DNA of 64,000 nt from an uncultured delta proteobacterium (GCA_963737265.1 CAVTRY010000022.1:32001-96000); one strand, 5' to 3'. Numbered from the stretch's first letter, positions 1 through 9,284 are shown. Program-made: numbers and translations. Notes: a model not told the origin generated them from the sequence alone.

Positions 1-478
1 CGACACTCTCGTGCAGTCTGCTGAACTCCACGTTGATGATTCGATTGCGCTCGCCTTCGCGGATGAGCACTTGGCGTTGCTCGGGTGCAAGGCCCGGGAC
101 GTTGAAGGTGAAGGCGTGGAGGCCTGGATCGACCGGGATGGCCTTGCCGTCAAGGATCCCTGTGAGCGTCTTGTCGTCACATAGGACTTCAACCTCCGTC
201 AGGTCCTTCCCGTCTTCGCGCACCGAGAAGACGACGGTGGGCAAGGCGCTTTCGGTCTGGTCCATCCAGCGCAAGCAATCCTCGCGAATGAACACGGCGC
301 AGCTTGGATCGATGCAACTCTTGAGGTGCTCGATGGCGGCGTTGAGGCGCCCGGCCGTCTTCTCTTCTTGCGCCTTCTCGTAAGCTTGGGGGCAGGTCAG
401 GGGTTCTTCCGCCGCGCGGGCCGCTCCAAGCCACAAGGTGCCCACCAGTGTCGCAGCCAGCATTGCGTACCATCTCAT
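1..478 (-). CDS. Secreted PEGA-like myxobacterial protein, partial (runs off window start)
   Basis: Not in the ORF track. Read manually from ATG at 478: MRWYAMLAATLVGTLWLGAARAAEEPLTCPQAYEKAQEEKTAGRL...DGKAIPVDPGLHAFTF. Signal peptide; lies directly downstream of a kinase gene. Confidence 0.7.
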   Translation of the reverse strand, partial: MRWYAMLAATLVGTLWLGAARAAEEPLTCPQAYEKAQEEKTAGRLNAAIEHLKSCIDPSCAVFIREDCLRWMDQTESALPTVVFSVREDGKDLTEVEVLCDDKTLTGILDGKAIPVDPGLHAFTFNVPGLAPEQRQVLIREGERNRIINVEFSRLHESV

Positions 479-505
479 CTCAGCTCTCCATCGGCGTCAT
501 GGCGC

Positions 506-2104
506 TCAAAGGCATTGCGGCTTCACCCGTCGGATGCCCTGCCCGTCGACGTAGAAGGGTGGGTTGCAGTCCTTCTTCTTCCGCCGATGGGTCGTCGACT
601 GTGCGGTGGTGCTTTGGGGGGACGCGCGACGAGGGATGGAGGGCGCACGCTGTTTCGATTCTACGGGCGCGGTCACGACAGGGGCGGGGTCGGGCTGAGA
701 CTTCACCAACTCGGGTAGAGCGATCACTTCGACGAGGGGCTTGACCCGAGCGTTGGCCTCGTCGGCGGCCTTGACTTCGCTTTGGTGCGAAGCACGGATG
801 ATGACGCCGCCGATCGCCACCACCAGAAGGGCCGCGCCAACCGTCATCGGCCAAGGCCTGCGCGTCCAAGAAAGCCACCGCAAAAACAACGTCGGGCGCG
901 ACGCCGTCCGTGTCTCGTCGAGATTCGTGCTCAACGCATCTTTGCCGGCTTCTTCGCCGTCTCCTTTGCTGCCTTGAAGAAGTTCCGTGCTAATAGCGTC
1001 GACGTCGCTGTAGGTGCCCGGTCGCTTGGGGATACGAAGCGGCGGGCAGGCCGCGCGCTGCGATCGCTGTTCCTGGAAGGGATCGCCAGACGGATCCGCA
1101 TCGAGCGGTGAGCTCTCAATGGCCGTCAGCCTCTCCGAGCTCTTGGCCAGGCCTTCACCTCCCAGGTAAACCACCCATTCGCCCACCTTGCGCGCCGTAG
1201 AGACGGCGATTTCTTCTTCGATGGCCTCGGCGAAGTCGCGGGCGGTCTGAAATCGAAGGCTGACGTCCCGCTCGAGGGCCTTCAGCACAACGCGATCCAG
1301 ACCAGGCGATACCCTGGGGTTGCTGGCGCTGGGACGATCGACGGGTGCCATCAGAACCTTGGCAATAGCTCCGCTGGGGTCGTCCGCTTCAAAGAGGCGC
1401 CGCAGCGTGAGCGCTTCCCAGAAGACGATGCCAGCCGCGAAAATGTCCGCGCGGCGATCAACGGAACCCCCACCCATCTGCTCGGGCGCCATGTAAGAAA
1501 GCTTGCCCTTGAGTTGCCCTTGCCGGGTCGACTGGCTACGCGAAACAGCCTTGGCAACGCCGAAGTCGAGCACGCGCGGCACGCCGTCCGTCCCCACCAT
1601 GATGTTGTGTGGCGATACGTCGCGATGAACGATGTTGAGGGGAGAGCCGAGCTCGTCCATTGCTTCATGCGCGGCGTGGAGGCCGTGGAGGGCGCCACTC
1701 ATGATGGCCGCGCTGATGGCAGGGGGCACGGCGGCGTTCATGGTAAACGCGCCTTTCAGCATGCGCGCCAGGGTTTCGCCGTGGATGTATTCCATCACCA
1801 AGAAGATCTCTTCGCTGTCCTCTAGCAGGACCACATCCAGCGGCGCCGCGACGTTGGGGTGTTGGATGCGCGACACCAGTCGGGCCTCGTCGAGAAACAT
1901 GGCAATGAACTCGGCGTCGCGCGAAAAGTGAGGATGCAGATACTTGATGGCGACGGTGCGCGAGAATCCGACAGCACCGCGCAGCCGTCCGAAATGGACG
2001 CTGGCCATACCACCGGAGGCGATCTCGTCGTACATGACGTAACGCCCAACCACACGCGATGGTTGGGCCTTCGACGGCACGGTGGGCGACGACGCAGAGA
2101 GCAT
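506..2104 (-). CDS. Membrane Ser/Thr protein kinase (Hanks type)
   Basis: GGMASV, VAIK, HRDVSPHN, DFG, YMAPE motifs; TM helix VGAALLVVAIGGVII; Pro-rich tail ending DCNPPFYVDGQGIRRVKPQCL. Confidence 0.95.
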   Translation of the reverse strand: MLSASSPTVPSKAQPSRVVGRYVMYDEIASGGMASVHFGRLRGAVGFSRTVAIKYLHPHFSRDAEFIAMFLDEARLVSRIQHPNVAAPLDVVLLEDSEEIFLVMEYIHGETLARMLKGAFTMNAAVPPAISAAIMSGALHGLHAAHEAMDELGSPLNIVHRDVSPHNIMVGTDGVPRVLDFGVAKAVSRSQSTRQGQLKGKLSYMAPEQMGGGSVDRRADIFAAGIVFWEALTLRRLFEADDPSGAIAKVLMAPVDRPSASNPRVSPGLDRVVLKALERDVSLRFQTARDFAEAIEEEIAVSTARKVGEWVVYLGGEGLAKSSERLTAIESSPLDADPSGDPFQEQRSQRAACPPLRIPKRPGTYSDVDAISTELLQGSKGDGEEAGKDALSTNLDETRTASRPTLFLRWLSWTRRPWPMTVGAALLVVAIGGVIIRASHQSEVKAADEANARVKPLVEVIALPELVKSQPDPAPVVTAPVESKQRAPSIPRRASPQSTTAQSTTHRRKKKDCNPPFYVDGQGIRRVKPQCL

Positions 2105-2247
2105 CTAGCATCTAACATATCGGAGAGCCGCGCCCGCAAGTTGAGCCCGGACTGGCACAACGCTACGCGCTATGGCTCGCGATGCGCCAGAGTCTCTTAC
2201 AGCTGTGAGAGCGGTGGCTGTTACGGATGCCGACGCGCCAGAGCCTC

Positions 2248-3393
2248 CTAAAGCGGCGGCTTGGCGTTGCGTACGAGATCGAGGAAGTAGGACTCGAACC
2301 ATTCGCCCGCCTGCGGCGCGCCCCTGGCGCTGTCGGACGACAGGCAGGCTTCGTCAAAGCGCGGCTGCTTGGGATCGGAGGTTCCGTCCGATTCTCCGGG
2401 CGGCTTGATCCACACGAACGCGTCGACACCGGGCTCGGGTTTGGCGCGAGGACGCTCGCCCAGGCCCGCGCCCTTGATGTTGCACCAATTGCCCCACTTG
2501 GTGCGGATGCCGCCCTTGCCATTACGCGATGTGTCCACGAGGAAGCCCTTGTCCTTGATGCCGTACATGCTCAGCGTCTCGCCGAGCATCTTCACGTAGG
2601 CAAGCTCGTTGGGGCAGGGATCGGTCGGCTCCAGCACGGCACCGTCGCGATTGCGCAAATGGGTGTAGTTCGACACATTCGTCACGAAGCCGCGGATCAT
2701 CTGCGTCCCGCCCGCCTCGACTAGAACCTTCTTGTAGACCTTAGCGATCTTCTCGCGATTGTCGTCCCAGCCCAGCCAACCGGCGTGACCGGCGTCGAGA
2801 TAGACACTCACATTGGGCAGGGCGAATTTCTTGAGCGCGTAAACCGTCGCGTCCCGATAAACCGACCGCGCGGCGACACATGAGGGAAGGCCCATGTTGG
2901 TGGCCAAGTTGGCCAGTGAATCCGGTTCCAGGATGATCACGATGGGCTGGTCGGCGTGGGTTTGGAAGAGTCCCGCGAGCGGATCGATGAATTCGTTGCG
3001 ATAGCGAGCCTCGCCGTTTTTCTCCACCCGCAGCTCGCCCTCCGACGAGTTGGCCGCGCAATCGCGATTGGGAAGATCGTAGAGGACGAGCATGACCGCG
3101 GTCGGCCGTCCGTTCGCGATCTGCTGCCGCTTGGCTTCGTCGAGCCAACCTGGAACCTTGGCTACCTGGGCGATGGAATCCAGCCACAGTCCCGTCGGCT
3201 GGCTCGCCACCTTGCGAATCGCGTCCGCCTCGTCGGGATGCCGGCGCGCCGTCGCCTCCACCCGCTCGGCGTAGGCAGGATCGATGAAGAAGGCCGCGCC
3301 CGCGAATGGATTGGCTTGTTGGCCAGCCTGACCTCCAAGAGCCGCCGCCGGTCCCATAAGAAGTGTGAGCCCCGCCAATATCAACTTGGTCAT
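2248..3393 (-). CDS. Glycoside hydrolase family 6 (secreted cellulase/cellobiohydrolase)
   Basis: Signal peptide; GH6 motifs YDLPNRDC, ILEPDSLAN, YLDAGHAGWLGW, DTSRNG, WCN, WIKPPGESDG. Confidence 0.93.
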   Translation of the reverse strand: MTKLILAGLTLLMGPAAALGGQAGQQANPFAGAAFFIDPAYAERVEATARRHPDEADAIRKVASQPTGLWLDSIAQVAKVPGWLDEAKRQQIANGRPTAVMLVLYDLPNRDCAANSSEGELRVEKNGEARYRNEFIDPLAGLFQTHADQPIVIILEPDSLANLATNMGLPSCVAARSVYRDATVYALKKFALPNVSVYLDAGHAGWLGWDDNREKIAKVYKKVLVEAGGTQMIRGFVTNVSNYTHLRNRDGAVLEPTDPCPNELAYVKMLGETLSMYGIKDKGFLVDTSRNGKGGIRTKWGNWCNIKGAGLGERPRAKPEPGVDAFVWIKPPGESDGTSDPKQPRFDEACLSSDSARGAPQAGEWFESYFLDLVRNAKPPL

Positions 3394-3476
3394 GTCGATT
3401 GTCTTCCTTTCTCTTCTCCGTCGTGGTCCTCACCACCGCATGCCTGAATGGCAACGGCGACGAAGACCTGTCGAGA

Positions 3477-3491
3477 GCAATCGGCGTACCA
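3477..3491 (-). promoter_or_regulatory. Putative sigma54 (-24/-12) promoter of the GH6 gene
   Basis: Minus strand TGGTAC-GCCGA-TTGC fits TGGCAC-N5-TTGC, about 85 bp upstream of the start codon at 3393. Confidence 0.65.
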
Positions 3492-3647
3492 GCGCGAGGG
3501 TGGCAAGGGATCTCGCTCTTGGTGCGCATCCCGGTTTCGTGGACGTCCGCGCGACAGTCAGCGGACGTCCGCGGCTGCCCGGATTGCTTCCACTTTCAGC
3601 GCGGGATCGCAAGCAGGTCGCGTCGCTGCGGGCGACCGCGCGAAAAC

Positions 3648-6074
3648 CTACCGTGACAAAGGCGGGTTCGCGTTTTGGACGAGCCGTAAGGCCTGCTCGG
3701 GAAACCAATCGCCCGCGGCCGGGTCGACCATTCCCCACAATGGATCGAAGTGGTTTCGCGCGTCGCCGGTGATGCCCCAGGGATTGTATTTCGAATAGTC
3801 CCACGCACGCGCGCCGCCCGCGGTATCGCATGGCCCGTCCGACTCGCCCGGTGACTTGAGCCACAAGAACGCATCCAGCAGCGGCATGCCCGTGTCGGCG
3901 GTGGGCGACTGGCCGAGACCCGCGCTAGGGGGATTGCACCAGTTGGCGGCGTTGAGCTTGTCGAGAATGTCCTTGGGCTGGTTGTACGGAGCCAGCGCAT
4001 AGGGAGACGTGTCGAGAACGCCACGGCCATTCCGGCTGGTGTCGATCACGAAGTGCGCAAGGGCTGCCGGTGCGGCAGGCGGATTGGCGGCGCTGTCGAC
4101 GTTGGCCGCGTACCAGGCATCCGCGACAGCCCTGGCTCCTTCGTCGTTCGGGCTCGTGATCAGGTCCGGGCTGGCGCAGGCCGAGAAATGGCCGATGCTC
4201 TGTCGTCCATTGGCTGGATTGCTTGCGTAGTAGATGCATTTGGAAATCCAGGTGGCGAATTGGACCGACCGCGGCGTGGGCTGGAAGTTCGCGACATTGA
4301 TGGCAAATCCCCGCACCTTTTGCATGCCGGCCTTCACCAAACGGTAAGCGACTTCTCCGACGGGCAGCCAGCCGCTGTGCGTGCCATCGAGATAGACCGA
4401 AGCGTTCGGCGCCTTACCGACCACGCTGTCTGCGGCGTAGTTGAGCTGTGCATAGCGTTCGGCGGGAGTGGCCCCCGGCGCTGGGATCTGGTTACCTTGG
4501 GCATCCGTGACCGTGGGTTTGCACCAATCGGTGAGGCCCTCGATGGTGGTGTTGTTGGGAACAATTCCGGTGCTGTCGGGTTCCAGAACAACAACCGCCC
4601 TTTCGTTGCCGATTCCGCTTGCGAAGGCATCAATCCACGCCCTGTACGCGGCGCCATCGGCGGCTCCGCCCGCCCCGTATTGGGCACAATCGCGGAAGGG
4701 CAGGTTGTAGGTGACAAGGATCGGAACACGCTGTTCGCGAACCGCCCGCACAATCGTGTTTCTGACCCCGGCTTGCACCTCGTCGGGCGAGCCCCCGACA
4801 AACCAAACCGCGTGCGGCGTGGCGGTCATGGCGGTGAGCGCGCCAGCCTCTTTGAAGGCATTGGTCTTGGCGAGGCTCGCGATCTGTTGAACCACGCCGG
4901 GAGAGGCCGGCGGCGTGTAGAACTGGGTGCCGGAAGGCAGCGCGCGGTTGCTGGCGCGGCGGGACGGTCTGGAAGCGCGGTGAACAACAATCCATGCCGT
5001 CGCCGCGCACAAGACCAAAGCCGCCACAGCGCCCCATGTTCGCAACGAGTGGTGATTTCGGGTCGGCCGCACGGGATTCCCGGGCGCCGCCGCGGCGGAT
5101 GCCGCGCCCTCGTTCGCGCGCCGGAGGTCTTCGCTCGGCGTCTCGGGCCAGACCTCGCGGCGAGCGAATGGCGCCAGCGCCTCGCCGAGATCCTTGGCGG
5201 AGGCAAAGCGTTCGCAAGGATCGGGTGCGAGCGATCGATGCACGATCTCGACAATTGGCGCCGGAAGCTCGGGCAGCAGTCCTGCGAGCGGAATCGCGGG
5301 CTGCGTGGCGATGTGATGGAGAATGGCGTTGTGCGACTCTCCTGGATGGGGTCTTTGCCCGGAAAACATCTCGTAGAGCACGGCCCCAAGCCCGTACACA
5401 TCGATTCGATGATCCGCGTCCCTGTCGCCGCGCGCTTGCTCGGGCGACATGTAGAACGGAGTTCCGAGCATGGTTCCCGTGCGCGTGGCCGCGCCTTGCG
5501 TGTCGGTTGCTTCGAGCTTTGCAATGCCGAAGTCGAGAACTTTGAGCAGGTCGGTTTCGTCCTCGCGACGGCAGACGAACAGATTCTGCGGCTTGAGGTC
5601 GCGGTGAATGATGCCGGCGAGGTGGGCCGCGTGCACGCCCTTGCACGCCTGAATGCACAGGTCGGCTGCGCGCCCGACGGGCAGGTGCTGTTCGCGCGCG
5701 AGCAGTGCCGCGAGGCTTTCGCCGGTGAGATGCTCCATCACGATGAAAGGAGATCCATCACTGGTGATGCCGAAGTCCAGCGCTGCCGCGATGTGCTCGC
5801 TCTCGATGCGCCCGGCGCTCTCGGCCTCGCGCTGAAATCTCTCCAAGCTCTCCCGCTGCCGGGAGAAATCCGGGCGTAGCACCTTCACGGCGAAGCGTCG
5901 CTTGACGACGATGTGTTGCGCCTCGTACACGGCGGCCATCCCGCCCTCGGCGAGAAAGCGGACGACACGATACTTGCCCCCGAGGATCTCCCCGACCTCG
6001 CGCCCTGGTTCGGCTCGATCACGCGAAGAGCTCCCCTGGTGAGCGCGACCTTCCCTGGTAGTCCATGCGAGCAT
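3648..6074 (-). CDS. Ser/Thr kinase - transmembrane helix - GH6 fusion protein (808 aa)
   Basis: One continuous ORF. N-terminal kinase (EGGMAAVY, FAVK, HRDLKPQN, DFG, YMSPE); TM WGAVAALVLCAATAWIVV; C-terminal GH6 (YNLPFRDC, VLEPDS, YLDGTHSGWL, DTSRNG, WCNP, WLKSPGESDG). Confidence 0.93.
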   Translation of the reverse strand: MLAWTTREGRAHQGSSSRDRAEPGREVGEILGGKYRVVRFLAEGGMAAVYEAQHIVVKRRFAVKVLRPDFSRQRESLERFQREAESAGRIESEHIAAALDFGITSDGSPFIVMEHLTGESLAALLAREQHLPVGRAADLCIQACKGVHAAHLAGIIHRDLKPQNLFVCRREDETDLLKVLDFGIAKLEATDTQGAATRTGTMLGTPFYMSPEQARGDRDADHRIDVYGLGAVLYEMFSGQRPHPGESHNAILHHIATQPAIPLAGLLPELPAPIVEIVHRSLAPDPCERFASAKDLGEALAPFARREVWPETPSEDLRRANEGAASAAAAPGNPVRPTRNHHSLRTWGAVAALVLCAATAWIVVHRASRPSRRASNRALPSGTQFYTPPASPGVVQQIASLAKTNAFKEAGALTAMTATPHAVWFVGGSPDEVQAGVRNTIVRAVREQRVPILVTYNLPFRDCAQYGAGGAADGAAYRAWIDAFASGIGNERAVVVLEPDSTGIVPNNTTIEGLTDWCKPTVTDAQGNQIPAPGATPAERYAQLNYAADSVVGKAPNASVYLDGTHSGWLPVGEVAYRLVKAGMQKVRGFAINVANFQPTPRSVQFATWISKCIYYASNPANGRQSIGHFSACASPDLITSPNDEGARAVADAWYAANVDSAANPPAAPAALAHFVIDTSRNGRGVLDTSPYALAPYNQPKDILDKLNAANWCNPPSAGLGQSPTADTGMPLLDAFLWLKSPGESDGPCDTAGGARAWDYSKYNPWGITGDARNHFDPLWGMVDPAAGDWFPEQALRLVQNANPPLSR

Positions 6075-6134
6075 TCTATTTCACCATCTTCACCAATCGT
6101 CCAATGTCCTACGCGAACCCCAAGTCCCGCTAAT

Positions 6135-6711
6135 GGGTGCCTCCCTGAAACGGGGGCCCCAGCCGGGGGCTCGGTGAGGTAGCAACTTCTGGCGGAGTGC
6201 CGCCGAAAACGCAGATCTGGAACAGCGAGGAACGGAGAAACAGAGACAGGATGACTTTACTGGGCAAATTATCGCCGCCTGCATCGAAGTCCACCGTCAC
6301 CTCGGTCCCGGGCTGCTTGAGTCGGCCTACGAGCACTGCCTGGCGCGCGAGCTAGGCCTGCGTGGATTTCGCACGCAACGTCAGGTCGCGATTCCTCTGC
6401 AGTACAAAGGCATTGACCTCGACTGCGGCTATCGCCTCGACCTCATGGTGGAAGGCCGTTTGGTCGTCGAAGTCAAGGCGGTAGAGCAGTTGCTTCCTGT
6501 CCACTTGGCACAGTCATTACCTATCTCAAGCTCCTACGACTGCCGGTGGGCCTGCTCGTCAATTTCCACGTCCCCGTACTTCGCGAGGGTCTCCGCCGCC
6601 TCTCAACCCAACCCGTGATCCCTCTGGTCCTCCGTTCCTCCCTGTTTTTCCCTCCGATCCCACCTGCGCGGGGCGAGGTGAAGCCACAGCCCCCATTTCA
6701 GGGAAGCACCC
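6135..6711 (+). mobile_element. GxxExxY-carrying TIR element, copy 1 (577 bp; ORF has CTG in place of ATG and a 1-bp deletion)
   Basis: Ends GGGTGCCTCCCTGAAACGGGGGC and GCCCCCATTTCAGGGAAGCACCC; 9-bp target duplication CCCGCTAAT at 6126-6134 and 6712-6720. Confidence 0.9.
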
Positions 6712-6823
6712 CCCGCTAATGTCCCGCTGGCGCGCCGGCACGTGAAGTGTCAGCATAGCAAAATGCGTCCGTTCTCAGAGCCTGCGGGAGTGTCAAGGTT
6801 TGCGCTCTGAACCAGGTGCTGGC

Positions 6824-8230
6824 GTGGGATCCGGTGTGGGCAACACGACGGTGGTGACAACCGACGCGGGAGCGCGGAGCGTGGTCGGCCAGTCCGAGCT
6901 GTTGCTCACCTGGATGTTCCCTCAGCCGTCGCAACCGGCGATCGGTCTGCACTTGGGGGGAGCGGCCGAGCTCGTCGTCGGGCGCGACGAAGGGTGTTTG
7001 GTTCACCTGCCCGGAAACGATGTTTCGCGGCGGCACGCGGCACTGCGGAAGAACGAGGCTGGCTCCGGCGTCGAGGTCGTCGACCTGGGCAGCCGTAACG
7101 GCGTCTACGTCAACGGCCGGCGCGTCTCCTCGGCCCCGCTGCGGCGCGGGGACGTGGTCCGTCTCGGTGGCTGGGTGGGCGTGGTGACCGAGGCCGCCGG
7201 AACCTGCAAGGAAATCGCGCCTGGCTTGTTCGGGGGCGCGACGTTGCAGTCGGTGCTGGCGCCGGTGCAGCGCGCGGCTGCGAGCGATCTACCCATCATC
7301 CTCGAAGGCGAGACGGGAACCGGCAAGGAAGTGGTCACCCGCAGCGTCCACAAGTGGAGCGGGCGTTCCGGCCCGCTCGTGGCCGTCAACTGCGCGGCGT
7401 TGCCCGAGGCTCTCGCCGAGGGTGAATTGTTCGGGTACCGGCGCGGCGCCTTTACCGGCGCGGACAGGCCGAGCCCGGGTTTCTTCCGCAGCGCCGATCG
7501 CGGCACGCTGTTGCTGGACGAGGTGACGGATTTGCCGCTCGGGCTGCAGGCAAAACTGTTGCGCGTGCTCGAAGCGCACGAAGTCCAACCCCTGGGCGAG
7601 CCGCGCCCGATCCCAATCGACGTGCGCGTGGTGGTGGCGGGCCAACAATCGCTCATCGAAGCTTCGCGCCACGGGCGCTTCCGACCCGATCTGCTGGCGC
7701 GGCTCAACGGTGTCACCGTGCGTTTGCCGCCGCTGCGCAGCCGGCGCGAGGACGTGCCTCCGCTGTTCTCCCATTTCCTGGCCGAGCTGGGACAGGGCTG
7801 CGTGCCCGCGGTGGAAGGCGATTTCGTGGAGCGACTGTGCCTTCACGACTGGCCCTTCAATGTCCGCGAGCTGTTGCTGCTTGCTCGTCGACTCATGGTT
7901 CTTCACGGCGGCGAATCCACGCTGCGCACGTCGTACCTACCGGAGCGAATCGGAGATCTGTCGACGCCTCGACTGCCGCCAGGTGGCGCCGAGACGGCGC
8001 GCCCCCCGGCTACTTTCCCGGCTATGTCCGCCGTCAAAGCGAGTCCGGTCGAGCCCGTGGAGCTTCCCGCGCTGGTCGCCGCCTTGCGCACGTCCGGCGG
8101 CAACGTCGCGCGCGCAGCGGCGATTTTGGGCATCACCCGCCAGCGGGCCTACCGCTTGATGGACGGCAGCGCCGTCGATCTCGAGGCCTTGCGCAACCAA
8201 GAGCAAGGGCAAAAGGACAGCGGCCCGTGA
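6824..8230 (+). CDS. FHA-domain sigma54-dependent transcriptional activator (FHA-AAA+-Fis HTH)
   Basis: FHA (VGRDE, VSRRHA, DLGSRNG), Walker A GETGTGKE, GAFTGA loop, LLLDEV, WPFNVREL, HTH GNVARAAAILGITR. Start GTG 6824 chosen by homology to the mini-ORF at 9141 (track ORF starts at 6800). Confidence 0.93.
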   Translation: MGSGVGNTTVVTTDAGARSVVGQSELLLTWMFPQPSQPAIGLHLGGAAELVVGRDEGCLVHLPGNDVSRRHAALRKNEAGSGVEVVDLGSRNGVYVNGRRVSSAPLRRGDVVRLGGWVGVVTEAAGTCKEIAPGLFGGATLQSVLAPVQRAAASDLPIILEGETGTGKEVVTRSVHKWSGRSGPLVAVNCAALPEALAEGELFGYRRGAFTGADRPSPGFFRSADRGTLLLDEVTDLPLGLQAKLLRVLEAHEVQPLGEPRPIPIDVRVVVAGQQSLIEASRHGRFRPDLLARLNGVTVRLPPLRSRREDVPPLFSHFLAELGQGCVPAVEGDFVERLCLHDWPFNVRELLLLARRLMVLHGGESTLRTSYLPERIGDLSTPRLPPGGAETARPPATFPAMSAVKASPVEPVELPALVAALRTSGGNVARAAAILGITRQRAYRLMDGSAVDLEALRNQEQGQKDSGP

Positions 8231-8325
8231 TCGCCGTTATCCTGGGCGATGGTTCACTCGATCTGTGCCGCTTGCTCCCAAGATCCGACTGTCGTACCTT
8301 CCATGTCTCATGTCCATCCCCGCGA

Positions 8326-8902
8326 TGGTGCTTCCCTGAAATGGGGGCTGGGGCTTCACCTCGCCCCGCGCAGGTGGGATCGGAGGGAAAAACAGGGAGG
8401 AACGGAGGACCAGAGGGATCACGGGTTGGGTTGAGAGGCGGCGGAGACCCTCGCGAAGTACGGGGACGTGGAAATTGACGAGCAGGCCCACCGGCAGTCG
8501 TAGGAGCTTGAGATAGGTAATGACTGTGCCAAGTGGACAGGAAGCAACTGCTCTACCGCCTTGACTTCGACGACCAAACGGCCTTCCACCATGAGGTCGA
8601 GGCGATAGCCGCAGTCGAGGTCAATGCCTTTGTACTGCAGAGGAATCGCGACCTGACGTTGCGTGCGAAATCCACGCAGGCCTAGCTCGCGCGCCAGGCA
8701 GTGCTCGTAGGCCGACTCAAGCAGCCCGGGACCGAGGTGACGGTGGACTTCGATGCAGGCGGCGATAATTTGCCCAGTAAAGTCATCCTGTCTCTGTTTC
8801 TCCGTTCCTCGCTGTTCCATATCTGCGTTTTCGGCGGCACTCCGCCAGAAGTTGCTACCTCACCGAGCCCCCGGCTGGGGCCCCCGTTTCAGGGAGGCAC
8901 CC
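8326..8902 (-). mobile_element. GxxExxY-carrying TIR element, copy 2 (577 bp, inverted; frameshifted ORF 8419-8820)
   Basis: Same TIRs with one terminal base variant (T at 8326); 9-bp duplication TCCCCGCGA at 8317-8325 and 8903-8911. Confidence 0.9.
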
Positions 8903-9140
8903 TCCCCGCGATGGACATAACGGTGGCCTCGAGCGTCGGATCAATGCCCTACCGGTGGTCGCGAATTCGAGACTTTGGGATTGCGCGCGAAGCCCGCGCT
9001 ATATGGAATCGTGATCCCATCGGTGCTCCACGAAGCAGGATGAGCGCAAGGTCCGGCTGGCGCGCTGGCGCCCGCGGTGTCAGCATTGGCGCGTGCGTCT
9101 GCTGGGGTGTGCAACCAGGTAAGCCTAATCATGGAATAGC

Positions 9141-9284
9141 ATGGGATTCGGTGTGGCTAATACGAAGGTGGCGACCACCGTCGACCTGGGCAGCCGCGTC
9201 TACGTCAAAGGCCGGCGCTTCTCTTCGGCCCCGCTGCGGCGCGGGGACGTGGTTCGGCCGGGTGGCTGGGAGGCCGGGCCGTGA
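9141..9284 (+). pseudogene. 47-aa internally deleted relic of the FHA-sigma54 activator gene
   Basis: MGFGVANTKVATT-VDLGSRVYVKGRRFSSAPLRRGDVVRPGGW-EAGP* matches the activator N-terminus (MGSGVGNTTVVTT), its FHA segment (7079-7175) and its GP-stop end. Stop overlaps the kinase start (GTGA). Confidence 0.7.

Noticed and set aside
2175-2190. Sigma54 promoter for the kinase at 2104 (minus strand TGGCGC-N5-GAGC)
   Set aside because: The -12 element lacks TT; a match of this quality is expected by chance.
4053-5879. Long antisense and alternative-frame ORFs (e.g. 4053-5879, 19011-20480, 52254-53864, 58339-59619, 61194-62708)
   Set aside because: Shadow ORFs expected in high-GC DNA; they overlap motif-bearing genes and have no recognisable motifs.
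6135-8902. Composite transposon carrying the FHA activator
   Set aside because: Each element copy has its own 9-bp duplication and the outer flanks do not match, so these are independent insertions.
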